Assembly: GCA_963714085.1 (NCBI GenBank)
Contig: OY970229.1
Span: 1-64,000, forward strand
DNA: 64,000 nt
Origin: an uncultured Candidatus Micrarchaeota archaeon
GTDB lineage: Archaea > Micrarchaeota > Micrarchaeia > Anstonellales > Bilamarchaeaceae
Reading direction: 5' to 3'
Shown here: piece by piece, positions 47,332 through 57,467 of the stretch
How positions within the stretch are numbered: position 1 is the first letter of the stretch
Layout: every line of letters begins with the position of its first letter
The notes under the pieces: generated by a model
Seen by the model: only the letters and a program-made list of their open reading frames with translations
Told to the model about the DNA's origin: nothing
Databases searched by the model: none
Position numbers and translations under genes: made by a program

Positions 47332-50300
47332 TCACGAGGGCTTTGGCTGCTCGGCCCCGAACACGACCCACCTGCTGGTGTTGGCCTCCATCTTGTAGCT
47401 CTGGCTTATCCACTGCGGGCTGAGCGAGGTGTTCAGCACCTCCACCTCGTCTATGGTGCCGTTCCATGACTGGGTGAGCTGCATGGCGTTGGAGCCGATG
47501 AAGAGGCTTTGGTTGTAGTTGTTTATCGTCCCGCTGGCCGCGGCGCTGCTCTGCAGGGTGCCGTTGACGTACAGGAGCATCGCCGAGCCGTTGTAGACGC
47601 CGACGACCTGCTCCCAGGTGCTGGTGCCCGCGGTCGTATTGCTGTATACCATGTCCTGCGCCCCGTTCAGCGTCAGCTCGAACGCATACTTGCTCGGCGT
47701 CCCGTCCAGGCTGAGGCCGTATTCCGTGTAGGGGGATGCGGCGCTGGTGTACGGCTTGTACATTATCTTGCCCCATGCGACCTTGCCTGCCTTCGAGTTC
47801 ACCCACGCCTCTATGGTGAGGTTGCCGCCGGAATGCAGGCTCGGCTTGTTGCTGCAGTTGACATAGCTGGCGCTTCCGCCCGCGAAACTGAGCGCGCCGT
47901 CTATCTTCCCGGTCGCGTTCAGCGCCACGCCTTTCCCAGCGCCGTTATCGGCGTGAGACGTGGAGTCCGGGGGATTTGCGTTCTGCATGTGCCACACGGC
48001 CATGTAATTCGGGTTCCACACGCCGCTGGCGTTCTGCCCTGAGCCGACTCCGGTGTTGTTCTTGAAATAGACAGAGATGGTGGTGCTCCCGGCGTTGAGG
48101 ACTGGGATGCCTATCCATATCGTGGCGTTCGTCGCCGTGTAGTTCTCTATCTCGTATGGCAGCAGGGTCCCGCCGTTGTTGCAGCTGGAGTTGTAGAACC
48201 GCAGGTCGTAGTAATTGGATTGCATGTCCGTGGTGTTCGTTATCACGACCAATGCCGGGAAGTTGGCCATCCTCGTGCCGCTGGCGTTGAGTATGGTTAT
48301 GTTCCTGCAGCTGCTGAAGGACGCGTTGGCCCACTGGCCCGGAGAGGACACGTTCACCGTGAAGCTCCTCGTCGCCGAGGCGCCGGAGTTGTTCGCATTG
48401 TCCTTGCACTGGACATACCAGGCGTGGTTCCCGTTGGCCATGTTGCTGAGCGTGAGGATCGTCGCGGTGTTATTGGCGGTCGAGGCGTTGGTCTGGCTGC
48501 TCACCCCGTCCAGGAATATGGAGCAGCTCATCAGCGGAGCCAGGTTGTCGATGGCCGTGAAGTTGAACGCCACGGTCGAGGTGTTGAATGCCGAGGCGTT
48601 GGCCGGGGAATTGAGGCTTACTATAGGTGCGGTTGTGTCCACGGTTAAGTTCCTGGTCGCGCTAGTGCCGGTATTGCCGGCCGAATCATTGCATGAGACG
48701 TACCAGGTGTGGGCTCCGTCCGGAGTGGATGCGCTGATTATCGTAGTGGTGTTCCTCTGGACCGATGCATTGGAGCCTATCTGCGAGCCGTCGCGGAACA
48801 GGGCGCAGCTCGTGGTCGATGAGAGTGCGTCCGTCGCAGTGAAGCTGAATGCTATTGTCGAGTAGTTGAGCAGGGCTCCGGAGGGTGGCGAATTGAGGGT
48901 GACCGCAGGAGCGGTTGTGTCCACCGTGAAATTGCTGGTCGCGCTCTTGCCGGTATTGCCGGCCGAATCATTGCATGAGACGTACCAGGTGTGGGCTCCG
49001 TCCGCAGTGGATGCGCTGATTACCGTCGTGGTGTTCCTCTGGACCGATGCATTGGAGCCTATCTGCGAGCCGTCACGGAACAGGGCGCAGCTCGTGGTCG
49101 ATGAGAGTGCGTCCGTCGCAGTGAAGCTGAATGCTATTGTCGAGTAGTTGAGCAGTGCTCCGGAGGGTGGCGAATTGAGGGCCACTGCCGGCGCGGTTGT
49201 GTCCACTGTGAAGCTCCTGGTCGCTGAGGAACCCATATTGTTGGAGCGGTCCCTGCACGCCACATACCAGGTGTGGGTCCCGTCCGGTATCCCTGAAACC
49301 GAGAACACCGTGTTTGTGGCGTTCTGGACTGATGCATTGGTCTGGTTCTGGACAGAGTCGATGAATATGGAGCAGTTCATCGTGCCATTGACCGCATCAG
49401 TCGCATTGAAGCTGAATCTCATGCTCGAGGCATTGCTGAGGGCTCCGGATGGCGGTGCGGTGAGGTTGACCACCGGAACGGATACGGTCCCCTGGAGTAT
49501 CCCATAGCTCCCTGGGACCAGGTTGGTGAGCGACAGGGTGTTCGCGACGATGTCCGGAGTGTTGTTCAGCATGGCCCAGCCGCTGGAATTGTAGCTCCAA
49601 AGCGCGAAACCGGTTTCGTTGTGCCCGGTTGCCTCCGCATCGGTCCAGCTCCACGTTATGGAACTGATGATTACCATGCTGTTGATCCTGGTGATATTCA
49701 CGAACTTCTGGGCGAACGGGCTCTGACCGGATGGAAGGGACGACGGATTGCCGGTCCAGGATATGCCATAAGCTTCGTTGATGGACAGGCTGTCGGCGAT
49801 GGACAGGTTGGTGTAGTTCTGCATGTTGCCCAGGGGGTTGTCGAAGATCAGGTTGGAGGCGTTCAATGCCATCTGGGGGCCGGCGTCATCCTGCATCTGC
49901 ATGTCCGGATTGTTCTTGAAGAAGTGCATCCCCTGCACTATCGTCAGAACGGTGTTGTGCACCAGCAGACCGGCATTGGAGTTGTTGAATGCGACGTCGT
50001 TAGAAAGCTGATTGGAGCTGCTGTTGTCCAGATAGAAGCCGTAGGCTCCGGACGAGTTGTCGCCCGTCAGATTGTTGTTGTCGCTCTGGTAGAGGTAGAA
50101 GCTGATCCCGGAGCTCGTTTTTGCGACGGAATTGAGGACCGTGTTGTTGGAGGTGGTTATGAGGAAAATGGCGGGGTATGTCGTGGAGGCTCCGGTGGAG
50201 CCGATGACGCTGTTGTTCGATCCTCCGCTCAGGTAGATGGCGTAGCTCGAGTTGGAGGTTCCGGTCGAGTTGATGACGGTGTCGTTGGAGGATAGGTAGA

Positions 50301-53300
50301 GCATGATGGCAGGGGACGAGTTGGAGATTCCGACGGAGTTGGCGAGCACATCGCTGGAGCACGAGTAGAAGAAGATGCCGTAGCCCGAGTTGGATGCTCC
50401 GATGGAGTTTATGATGGTGTTGTTGGGGCTGGATGATATGTAAGTGCCATAACCGGAACTTGCGTTCCCGGTGGAGTTGATGATGGTGTTGTTCGAGCTT
50501 GACATGAAATAGATGCCGCCCCCGGAATTCGTGGTTCCGATGGAGTTGATGATTGTGTCGTTGGAGCTTGACAAGAGATAGATCCCTTCGTCCGAGTTGG
50601 AGCTGGCGACGCAGTCCGCGATCGTGTCGTTTGAGCTCAAGTCGACGAAGATTCCGTAGCCCATATCGGTTGTTGCCGTGGTGTTGATGATTGCGTCGTT
50701 GGAGCTCAAGGCGAGGTAGATGACGACGCCCCCGCTGGAGTTCCCGGCGGAGTTCGCGATCGTGTCGTTGCCGGTGTAGGAGAGGTAGAATCCTGAACTG
50801 GGGTCGCTGTTGGCGCTGCAGCCGGTCAGCGTGTCATTGGGGCTTGAGTAGAGGTAGAAGCCGTAATAGGTGTTGTTGTTGGCGTTGTCGCCCGTGAGGA
50901 TGTTGCTGGAGCCAAAATAGAGCTCGAATCCGATATTCAGGTTCCCGTTGGCGCTATCGTTCGCGAGCACGTTGTTGTTGGAGCCGGAATACAGGACGAA
51001 GCCGGTATACCCGTTCCCGTAGGCACCATCGTTCGCGAGCATGTTGTTCGCCGAGCCGGTGTAAAGGTAGAATCCGTAATCCGTATTGTTGAAGGCAGAA
51101 TCCCCGGTCAGGTTGTTGAAGGTGCCTGCGGAGAGGTAGAAACCGTAGTAGCCGTTACCGTAGGCGGTGTCGTTGGCAAGGATGTTGTTGCTGGCGAAGA
51201 TCGCGAAGCCGTCGTTGGAAGCGCCGTAGGCGGTGTCGTTGGCCAGAAGGTCGTATCCGGAGCCGCTGATTGTGAAGTCGTAGTTGCTGCTGCCCTGGGC
51301 GATGTCGTTAGTCAGCGTGTTGTTGTTGGAGCCGGAGCCAAGGTTGAATCCGTTGCTGGAATTGGTTGCGATGTCGTTGGAGACCACGTTGTTCGAGCTG
51401 GAGTAGAGGCCGAAGGCATTGGTGGCGCCGGAGACGTTGTCGTTGCTCAGCACATTGTTGCTGCTGTAGTACAGGTAGACGCCGTCCATCAGATTTCCGT
51501 TGAGACCGTCATTTATGACGTAGGCGCTGTTCGCCTCATATTCATAGATGCCGACCCTGTAGCCGGATATGCCCTGGCAGTTCTGCACCGTCACGTTCGT
51601 GATGGGGCCGTCGATGAGTACGCCGTAGGAGGTGTTGCTGCCGTTGCCCGTGATGCCGAATCCGTTGCAGTCGAGGACCACGTTGGAGGCGGTTATCTTC
51701 ACGCAGGCGGAGCCGGTGAGAGGGGAAGCGTTGTTGGGCGCGCCGAAGAAGTTGGTGGTCATGGTGACGGTGCCGCTCGAGCTTATCACCGGGCACCCGG
51801 TCTGCATGCTGAAGTGCTGCGTCGCGCTCGTGCCGGTGTTGTTCGCGGCGTTGGTGCACTGGACGAGCCAGGAGTGGCTTCCGTCCGGGATATTGCTTAC
51901 TTGGAACGCGGTCGCGGTATCGACCATCGTCGAGGGATTGGTCTGGTTCAGTACGTTGTCCAGGAACAGGGAGCAATCCAGCGTGCTGGACTGGCTGTCC
52001 GTCGCAGTGAAGCTGAATGTCACGTTCGAGACGTTGAACACGGCCTGATCGGCCGGCGAGTTGAGGGTCACCGACGGGATGGTCGTGTCGACCGCGAAGC
52101 CGCTGGTGGCGCTCGTGCCCACGTTTCCCGCATCGTCGCTGCACGCCACGTACCAGGTGTGGTTTCCATAGGCTATGGCGCTGATCTGGAAGACGGTCGG
52201 GACGCCATTCATCGTATGGGCGTTGGTCTGGTTCAGGGCGTTGTCCAGGAACATGGAGCAGTCCATCGTCGATGAGAGATTGTCCGTCGCCGTGAAGTTG
52301 AAGGCGACTGTCGGCGAATGCGAGGTCGAGAGATCGGCCGGAGAGCTGAGGGTCACGAGCGGAGGTACCGTGTCGATCGTGAAATTCACACCGGCGTAGT
52401 GGATCGTTCCGTTGGTATCGTTATAAGAGACGACGAGGGAATGGATCCCGTCCGAAAGGGAATCGAGCGTGGTGTTGCCGCAGCCCGGCAGCATGACATC
52501 CGGGTTGCCATCCAGCGAATACCAGCAAGTGTCCGGATTCGCCGCGGCATAATCCAAGGGAAGGGAAGAGACGTTGTACGGAGAGGGCGAAGGGCTTTCG
52601 ATCGAGATGTAGAGGTTCAGGTTCTGCGTCGGTGTGGAGCTGACTATCCCGAATCCCGTCTCCCAGCACCGTATGCTCCAATTGACCTGCTCCCCGAACT
52701 GGGGCTGGTAGCTCAGCGTCGTGGGGATTCCGTTGCCCGCTAGAGTGGTATTGACTATCGCGCCATTGATGAGCAGGTCGCATGTCGAGGTGGGGGCTTT
52801 CCTGTTATTGACGGTGAAATTGAACTGGACCGGGCCGGAGTCGTAGACCTGCGTGGGCGAGTTCATCACGATAGCCGGTTTGAAATCCGGCGGCGTCACG
52901 CCTTTCGCATAATACGCCCAGAGGCCGACGCCATAGCAACCGAATTCCACCCTGATGTAGCCGTTCTCGCCCCATCCGCTGCCCCAGCTGTTCTTTATTA
53001 TCCAGTAGCTCGTGCTCGTGTTTCCCGTATCGTTGTAACCGACCAGGACCACGGCGTGGTCCATGTATGTGGAGGGCGAGGTGCAGGTCAATACGCCGCC
53101 GTAGTAGTACCATTGGCTCGCATCGACCAGGATGGTGAGCGGGCCGTTGTCGATGAGCATCTGCTCCAGCTGCGCGTTGGTCGGGCTCCCGGCGCTTTGC
53201 GAGCCGGTTATGGTCCAGGACCGGTTCGAGGAATCCGGGCAGATGTTCGAACAGGCGTTATTGGTCGCTGTGTAGGGGAAGCAGTTCTCATCCACCACGC

Positions 53301-54111
53301 CGCCGTTGTACTGGATGTTCCATAACGATACGTTCGGGTACCCACCGCTGCAGCCGTATTGGCAGGCCCCGGAATAACCCTCGTCATAATAGCAGCTATG
53401 GTCGCAGGACACCTCGTCCTGCTCGGATAGATCCGGCTGGAGCCGGGACTCGTTCATGCCGAGGTCATATTTGGCTTCCATGGCGCCGAGGGTCCCGAAC
53501 GACCAGCAGCTGCCGCACTGCCCCTGGTCCTTTACGGAGGTCATCCAGCCGCTCGAACCTTGGAAATAAGGGTAATTCGATGATGCGTAGATCGTATTGG
53601 CCGGAGGGTTCCTCCAGTCCCACGAGGAATAAGCGGTCGCATTGTACATGGATTGGGAATTGTACATCTGCTTCGATGATTGGGTTGTACCGACCATCTG
53701 GTTCATCTGGGTCAGCACGGCCCTCGGGGTTATGTCGCTGCCGAGTTTCGCGCTCAGGTTCATCATGTCCACGACGCGGATCCCGCTTTGGGAGGCGAGG
53801 GCTTTGGTCTTGCTGCTTGTCGTGATGCAGGTGGCGTATCTGGAACTGCCATTCGTCACCGTCGCGGTCCCGTAGCCGCTCTTCGCGCAATAGGAGAAGC
53901 TCGCGCCGCATGTGCCTTCCAGGAACGCCCAGGCGTCGCATCGCGTGCCGTCCGGCATTATGCAGACCCCATGCAAGTTCGATTGCGCATCGCTTTGCAT
54001 GACATATGTGTAGTTCATCTCATTGCAATAGACCGTCGAGGGATTGGCGAGCGCGAAAACCGTGCTGCAGGAGAAGACCATCAACACCAGGATCACGGAC
54101 AGATTTTTCAT
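47332..54111 (-). CDS. Secreted multidomain C1A cysteine protease, paralogue 2 (2,259 aa): DUF333, C1A, Ig-like, NosD-like beta-helix, Ig-like, DUF2341, LamG-like
   Basis: QGQCGSCWSF, DHAVVLVGY and YWIIKNSWGSGWGENGY give a complete Cys-His-Asn triad and oxyanion Gln. It has 22-23-aa beta-helix coils and a GGTG site before ATG 54111, but no C-terminal TM helix. Confidence 0.92.
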   Translation of the reverse strand: MKNLSVILVLMVFSCSTVFALANPSTVYCNEMNYTYVMQSDAQSNLHGVCIMPDGTRCDAWAFLEGTCGASFSYCAKSGYGTATVTNGSSRYATCITTSSKTKALASQSGIRVVDMMNLSAKLGSDITPRAVLTQMNQMVGTTQSSKQMYNSQSMYNATAYSSWDWRNPPANTIYASSNYPYFQGSSGWMTSVKDQGQCGSCWSFGTLGAMEAKYDLGMNESRLQPDLSEQDEVSCDHSCYYDEGYSGACQYGCSGGYPNVSLWNIQYNGGVVDENCFPYTATNNACSNICPDSSNRSWTITGSQSAGSPTNAQLEQMLIDNGPLTILVDASQWYYYGGVLTCTSPSTYMDHAVVLVGYNDTGNTSTSYWIIKNSWGSGWGENGYIRVEFGCYGVGLWAYYAKGVTPPDFKPAIVMNSPTQVYDSGPVQFNFTVNNRKAPTSTCDLLINGAIVNTTLAGNGIPTTLSYQPQFGEQVNWSIRCWETGFGIVSSTPTQNLNLYISIESPSPSPYNVSSLPLDYAAANPDTCWYSLDGNPDVMLPGCGNTTLDSLSDGIHSLVVSYNDTNGTIHYAGVNFTIDTVPPLVTLSSPADLSTSHSPTVAFNFTATDNLSSTMDCSMFLDNALNQTNAHTMNGVPTVFQISAIAYGNHTWYVACSDDAGNVGTSATSGFAVDTTIPSVTLNSPADQAVFNVSNVTFSFTATDSQSSTLDCSLFLDNVLNQTNPSTMVDTATAFQVSNIPDGSHSWLVQCTNAANNTGTSATQHFSMQTGCPVISSSGTVTMTTNFFGAPNNASPLTGSACVKITASNVVLDCNGFGITGNGSNTSYGVLIDGPITNVTVQNCQGISGYRVGIYEYEANSAYVINDGLNGNLMDGVYLYYSSNNVLSNDNVSGATNAFGLYSSSNNVVSNDIATNSSNGFNLGSGSNNNTLTNDIAQGSSNYDFTISGSGYDLLANDTAYGASNDGFAIFASNNILANDTAYGNGYYGFYLSAGTFNNLTGDSAFNNTDYGFYLYTGSANNMLANDGAYGNGYTGFVLYSGSNNNVLANDSANGNLNIGFELYFGSSNILTGDNANNNTYYGFYLYSSPNDTLTGCSANSDPSSGFYLSYTGNDTIANSAGNSSGGVVIYLALSSNDAIINTTATTDMGYGIFVDLSSNDTIADCVASSNSDEGIYLLSSSNDTIINSIGTTNSGGGIYFMSSSNNTIINSTGNASSGYGTYISSSPNNTIINSIGASNSGYGIFFYSCSSDVLANSVGISNSSPAIMLYLSSNDTVINSTGTSNSSYAIYLSGGSNNSVIGSTGASTTYPAIFLITTSNNTVLNSVAKTSSGISFYLYQSDNNNLTGDNSSGAYGFYLDNSSSNQLSNDVAFNNSNAGLLVHNTVLTIVQGMHFFKNNPDMQMQDDAGPQMALNASNLIFDNPLGNMQNYTNLSIADSLSINEAYGISWTGNPSSLPSGQSPFAQKFVNITRINSMVIISSITWSWTDAEATGHNETGFALWSYNSSGWAMLNNTPDIVANTLSLTNLVPGSYGILQGTVSVPVVNLTAPPSGALSNASSMRFSFNATDAVNGTMNCSIFIDSVQNQTNASVQNATNTVFSVSGIPDGTHTWYVACRDRSNNMGSSATRSFTVDTTAPAVALNSPPSGALLNYSTIAFSFTATDALSSTTSCALFRDGSQIGSNASVQRNTTTVISASTADGAHTWYVSCNDSAGNTGKSATSNFTVDTTAPAVTLNSPPSGALLNYSTIAFSFTATDALSSTTSCALFRDGSQIGSNASVQRNTTTIISASTPDGAHTWYVSCNDSAGNTGTSATRNLTVDTTAPIVSLNSPANASAFNTSTVAFNFTAIDNLAPLMSCSIFLDGVSSQTNASTANNTATILTLSNMANGNHAWYVQCKDNANNSGASATRSFTVNVSSPGQWANASFSSCRNITILNASGTRMANFPALVVITNTTDMQSNYYDLRFYNSSCNNGGTLLPYEIENYTATNATIWIGIPVLNAGSTTISVYFKNNTGVGSGQNASGVWNPNYMAVWHMQNANPPDSTSHADNGAGKGVALNATGKIDGALSFAGGSASYVNCSNKPSLHSGGNLTIEAWVNSKAGKVAWGKIMYKPYTSAASPYTEYGLSLDGTPSKYAFELTLNGAQDMVYSNTTAGTSTWEQVVGVYNGSAMLLYVNGTLQSSAAASGTINNYNQSLFIGSNAMQLTQSWNGTIDEVEVLNTSLSPQWISQSYKMEANTSRWVVFGAEQPKPS
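48640..49210 (-). repeat. Near-identical tandem 282-bp Ig-like module, with a third copy at ~40440-40720
   Basis: LNSPPSGALLNYSTIAFSFTATDALSSTTSCALFRDGSQIGSNASVQRNTTT occurs twice in paralogue 2 and once in paralogue 1, with almost identical DNA. Confidence 0.9.
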
Positions 54112-54322
54112 ATATGACACACCGCCTTATCTCTCGCTCTGTACGCTTGTACGCCTGATGGGCCCGAAGACATCGCTTATCCGCTCTGTTCCGGGATCCC
54201 GCCTCATCCAACGGATTCGTACGCAATGCTTATAATATATGGCGGTTTTTCCGCGCGAGAGGAGCGCCTGTCCCTGAGCTGCGCTAAGCATTGAAAATGC
54301 CCGGGCGCCCGCATAAGGAGCT

Positions 54323-55111
54323 TCAGGTCTTGCTGAGCCCGACCCTGTTGACCTCGAACGCGCCGTTTTCCTTCACCGAGGCGGTGTACTGGCCGATGTA
54401 CTGGTCGTTGAAATACTTGGTCACTGCCGCGGCTTCCTGCTTCGTGTATACGGCGTCGTTGATGGTCCCGGTCCCCAGGTTCCTGGACCGGTAGATCTGC
54501 GTGGCGATGGACTCGACGTTGAGCACGCTCACCTTGGTCCCGTCCGCAGAGGCGAACAGCTTGCCATTGGACTGCGTATTAACCGCCTTGGCGACCGCCT
54601 GGGCTTCCTGCTTGCTGTTCGTCTCGTCGTTGGTGGTGCGGGTCGCGTATCTGCCCATGGTTCCGGTGATGGATTTGGCAAGGCCGTTCACGTCCAGCGC
54701 CCGCACAATGCCCTCTTTGCTTAGCGAGACCATGAATCCGCTTTTCTCCAGTCTCTCGGAGACCCCCACCGCCCCCTGATAGGTGTCGATGGACCTGGTG
54801 TCATGATGAAAATTTCGTATATGGTCTTCCATCTCGCTGACGATGGCGCCGGCGTTCGTCACCCTGAGGTCCCCGGTTTTCATCACTGCGGTTATGTACT
54901 GGCCCGGGCTGCGCCCGTTTAATATGTCGCCGACCCTTTTCGCTTCCTTGAAGTCGCCGATTTTCACGGTCAGGGGTTTGGGATTCCCGCTCACGGACTT
55001 TTGAATCGCGGGGATGACTTTGTCTATATCCACTGCCCTGGGCAAGCCGGCTCTCCACGATACCGCCAAAGTCGCCTGCGCCTCTTCCTGCTGCATCGGT
55101 GCGTACGCCAT
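54323..55111 (-). CDS. Hypothetical protein with a weak four-fold internal repeat
   Basis: 262-aa ORF with a TATA-like ttataaaa upstream. Recurring segments: FKEAKRVGDILN, YQGAVGVSERLE, KQEAQAVAKAVN, KQEAAAVTKYFN. Confidence 0.7.
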   Translation of the reverse strand: MAYAPMQQEEAQATLAVSWRAGLPRAVDIDKVIPAIQKSVSGNPKPLTVKIGDFKEAKRVGDILNGRSPGQYITAVMKTGDLRVTNAGAIVSEMEDHIRNFHHDTRSIDTYQGAVGVSERLEKSGFMVSLSKEGIVRALDVNGLAKSITGTMGRYATRTTNDETNSKQEAQAVAKAVNTQSNGKLFASADGTKVSVLNVESIATQIYRSRNLGTGTINDAVYTKQEAAAVTKYFNDQYIGQYTASVKENGAFEVNRVGLSKT

Positions 55112-55166
55112 GTAACCATCCTATATATTATAGTGTTATAGGTTTTATAATCTTATGTGAAAACCA

Positions 55167-56327
55167 TCACAGCCCGGCCTCGCTCCTGAGCTTCTTCGCC
55201 AAATCAGTCTTCTCCCAGGTGAACTCCGGCTCCTCGCGCCCGAAGTGGCCGTAGGCCGCGGTCTTCTTGTATATCGGCCTGAGGAGGTCCAGGTTCCTTA
55301 TCATGTCGGCAGGCTTGAACGAGACGTGGTCCACGACCAGCTTCTCTATCTTCTCGACCGGGATCTTCGCGGTCCCGCGCGTGTCTATGAAGACCGATAG
55401 CGGCTTGGCCACCCCGATGACGTACGATATCTGGACCTCGCACTGGTCCGCGAGATTGGCTGCCACGATGTTCTTGGCCACGTACCTGGCCATGTAGGCG
55501 CCGGAGCGGTCCACTTTCGACGGGTCCTTTCCGGAAAAACAGCCTCCGCCGTGGTGCCCCCTCCCGCCGTAAGTATCTATGATTATCTTCCTTCCCGTGA
55601 CGCCGGTGTCCGCAGCCGGCCCGCCCAGCACGAACTTGCCGGTCCCGTTTATGACGATGATGGTGTTGGGGTCGAACATGTCGCCCAGCACGGGCTTTAT
55701 GACATGCTCCGTGACGTCTTTGCGGAGCTTGTCCAAGGAGATGTTCTCGTCATGCTGCGCAGCGAGGACCACGGTGTGCACCCTCTTGGGCTTGTGGTCG
55801 TTGTACTCCAGCGTCACCTGGGTCTTTCCGTCCGGCCTTAAGTAAGGGAGCGTGCCGTTCTTCCTGACCTCGGCGAGCTTTTTGGCCAGCTTGTGCGCCA
55901 GCATTATGGGCATGGGCATGAGCTCAGGCGTCTCGCGCGACGCGTAGCCGAACATTATCCCCTGGTCGCCTGCGCCCTGCTCGTGCTCCTTCGAGGTGTC
56001 GACGCCCTGGGCGATGTCCGGCGACTGCTCGTGTATGGACGCGAGGACGCCGCAGGTCCGGTGGTCGAAGAGGTACTCGGGCTTGTTGTAGCCGATGTCC
56101 CGCACCACGTCCCGCACGACCTTCTGGAACTCGACGTATCCGTTAGTCGTTATCTCGCCCATGACCACGACCAGCCCGGCCGTGGTGGCGGTCTCCACCG
56201 CAACGCGGGACTTCGGGTCCTGCTTTATGAGCTCGTCCAGCACCGCGTCAGACACCTGGTCGCAGAGCTTGTCAGGATGGCCTTCGGTCACAGACTCGGA
56301 TGTGAAAAGATAGTTCTTCGAAGACAT
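55167..56327 (-). CDS. metK: S-adenosylmethionine synthetase, bacterial/eukaryotic type
   Basis: Motifs [56 protein letters not shown] and TAAYGHFGR. Confidence 0.97.
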   Translation of the reverse strand: MSSKNYLFTSESVTEGHPDKLCDQVSDAVLDELIKQDPKSRVAVETATTAGLVVVMGEITTNGYVEFQKVVRDVVRDIGYNKPEYLFDHRTCGVLASIHEQSPDIAQGVDTSKEHEQGAGDQGIMFGYASRETPELMPMPIMLAHKLAKKLAEVRKNGTLPYLRPDGKTQVTLEYNDHKPKRVHTVVLAAQHDENISLDKLRKDVTEHVIKPVLGDMFDPNTIIVINGTGKFVLGGPAADTGVTGRKIIIDTYGGRGHHGGGCFSGKDPSKVDRSGAYMARYVAKNIVAANLADQCEVQISYVIGVAKPLSVFIDTRGTAKIPVEKIEKLVVDHVSFKPADMIRNLDLLRPIYKKTAAYGHFGREEPEFTWEKTDLAKKLRSEAGL

Positions 56328-56413
56328 AGAATCACGGGGTCCTCATCTCCCGCCATTCATATAAATGTTCGTGAAAGGAATATTCCAAAAGGAATAGAGA
56401 AAAAAAAGAGGGT

Positions 56414-57106
56414 CTACTTCTTCCTGCTGTAGAAGAGCACCGCGCCCAGGAGCGCCGGAAGCCCTGCGGACGGGAGGCAGCACGTGCCGGTCCCGTTCGA
56501 GCCGCCGTTGTACGCCTGGTTGAGCGAGCTCGTCAGCGAACCCAGGTCGTTGGCAGGGTAGTAGTTGCCGTTGCCTGCCGAGGCTATGGCCTGGTCGTTC
56601 GACGTGGTGTTCTGGTCCAGGCCGAGGCCGACTACGTTTATCATCTTTATGTTGTTGTTCGCCACGGCATTGGTCGCCGCGGTGACCGCGTCCTGCTGCG
56701 TGTCGCAGGTCTCCTCGCCGTCCGTTAGGATGATTATCTGGGCGCCGCTCATGCCTGACGTCTGCGCGTAGGACGCGGCGTAGGTTATGGACGCCGCAAG
56801 CGGCGTGCTGTACTGGGGCGTCAGTGTGTTCATGAAGTCCCTTATCTGCTGGACGTTGGTGGTGAACGGGACCTCGGTCCTTATGTCCCCGCAGTCATAG
56901 AAGACTATGAGGGCGACCTCGTCCCCTGGCTTCACGTTGTTCAGGAACGTGTTGCCCGCCTGCTTGGCCATGTCGATCTTGGTCATGTTCGTGCCCGAGA
57001 TGGTGTCCGCCATCGAGCCCGAGTCGTCGAAGATCAGGATGGTCGACGTAGCGCAGGCGACCATCCCCAAAACCAGAAAAATCAGCAATATTTTCGTGGT
57101 ATTCAT
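56414..57106 (-). CDS. Surface-anchored von Willebrand factor A domain protein
   Basis: Signal peptide, MIDAS motif DDSGSM, TPLA and LTDGEETC, then C-terminal CCLP, a hydrophobic stretch and RKK. GAGGTG ribosome-binding site upstream. Confidence 0.88.
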   Translation of the reverse strand: MNTTKILLIFLVLGMVACATSTILIFDDSGSMADTISGTNMTKIDMAKQAGNTFLNNVKPGDEVALIVFYDCGDIRTEVPFTTNVQQIRDFMNTLTPQYSTPLAASITYAASYAQTSGMSGAQIIILTDGEETCDTQQDAVTAATNAVANNNIKMINVVGLGLDQNTTSNDQAIASAGNGNYYPANDLGSLTSSLNQAYNGGSNGTGTCCLPSAGLPALLGAVLFYSRKK

Positions 57107-57188
57107 CAGCACACCTCATGTTTTACCTGGTAGGATACGCATATTCAGATTTATATTAGTTGCGTTGATACTCTGGTTTGATGAGGCG

Positions 57189-57467
57189 ATGCTCGTACAG
57201 GAGAAGTTGCCGGGCGGGAAGCTGCTTTGCGTGGACGTCGAGTTCTCAGAGGGACGCATAGAAAAGATACGGATAACGGGCGATTTTTTCCTGCATCCTG
57301 AGGAGACCATAGAGAAGATAGAGGGCTCGCTGATCGGCATGAGGCCCGAAGGCAGGCTCGACGTGATGATACTTTCCACCCTGGCGGCGAACAAGGCCAG
57401 GCTAATCGGCGCGACCCCGGACGACATAGAAAGGCTGATAAGGAAGGCGAGGACGGCGGTCCCATGA
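57189..57467 (+). CDS. lplB: Lipoate-protein ligase C-terminal (accessory) subunit
   Basis: KLPGGKLL.V.V...I..I.ITGDFFLHPEE.IEKIE..L.G; the stop overlaps the lplA start (ATGA). Confidence 0.85.
   Translation: MLVQEKLPGGKLLCVDVEFSEGRIEKIRITGDFFLHPEETIEKIEGSLIGMRPEGRLDVMILSTLAANKARLIGATPDDIERLIRKARTAVP

Noticed and set aside
54121..54320. Possible structured RNA (ribozyme or riboswitch) upstream of the protease pair
   Set aside because: The CTGATG...GAA words lack a complete hammerhead core and stems, and I recognised no riboswitch consensus. An Rfam/Infernal scan would settle it.
56328..56413. SAM riboswitch upstream of metK
   Set aside because: The spacer is short and is accounted for by a T-rich terminator-like tract and a TATA-like box; no S-box consensus is visible.
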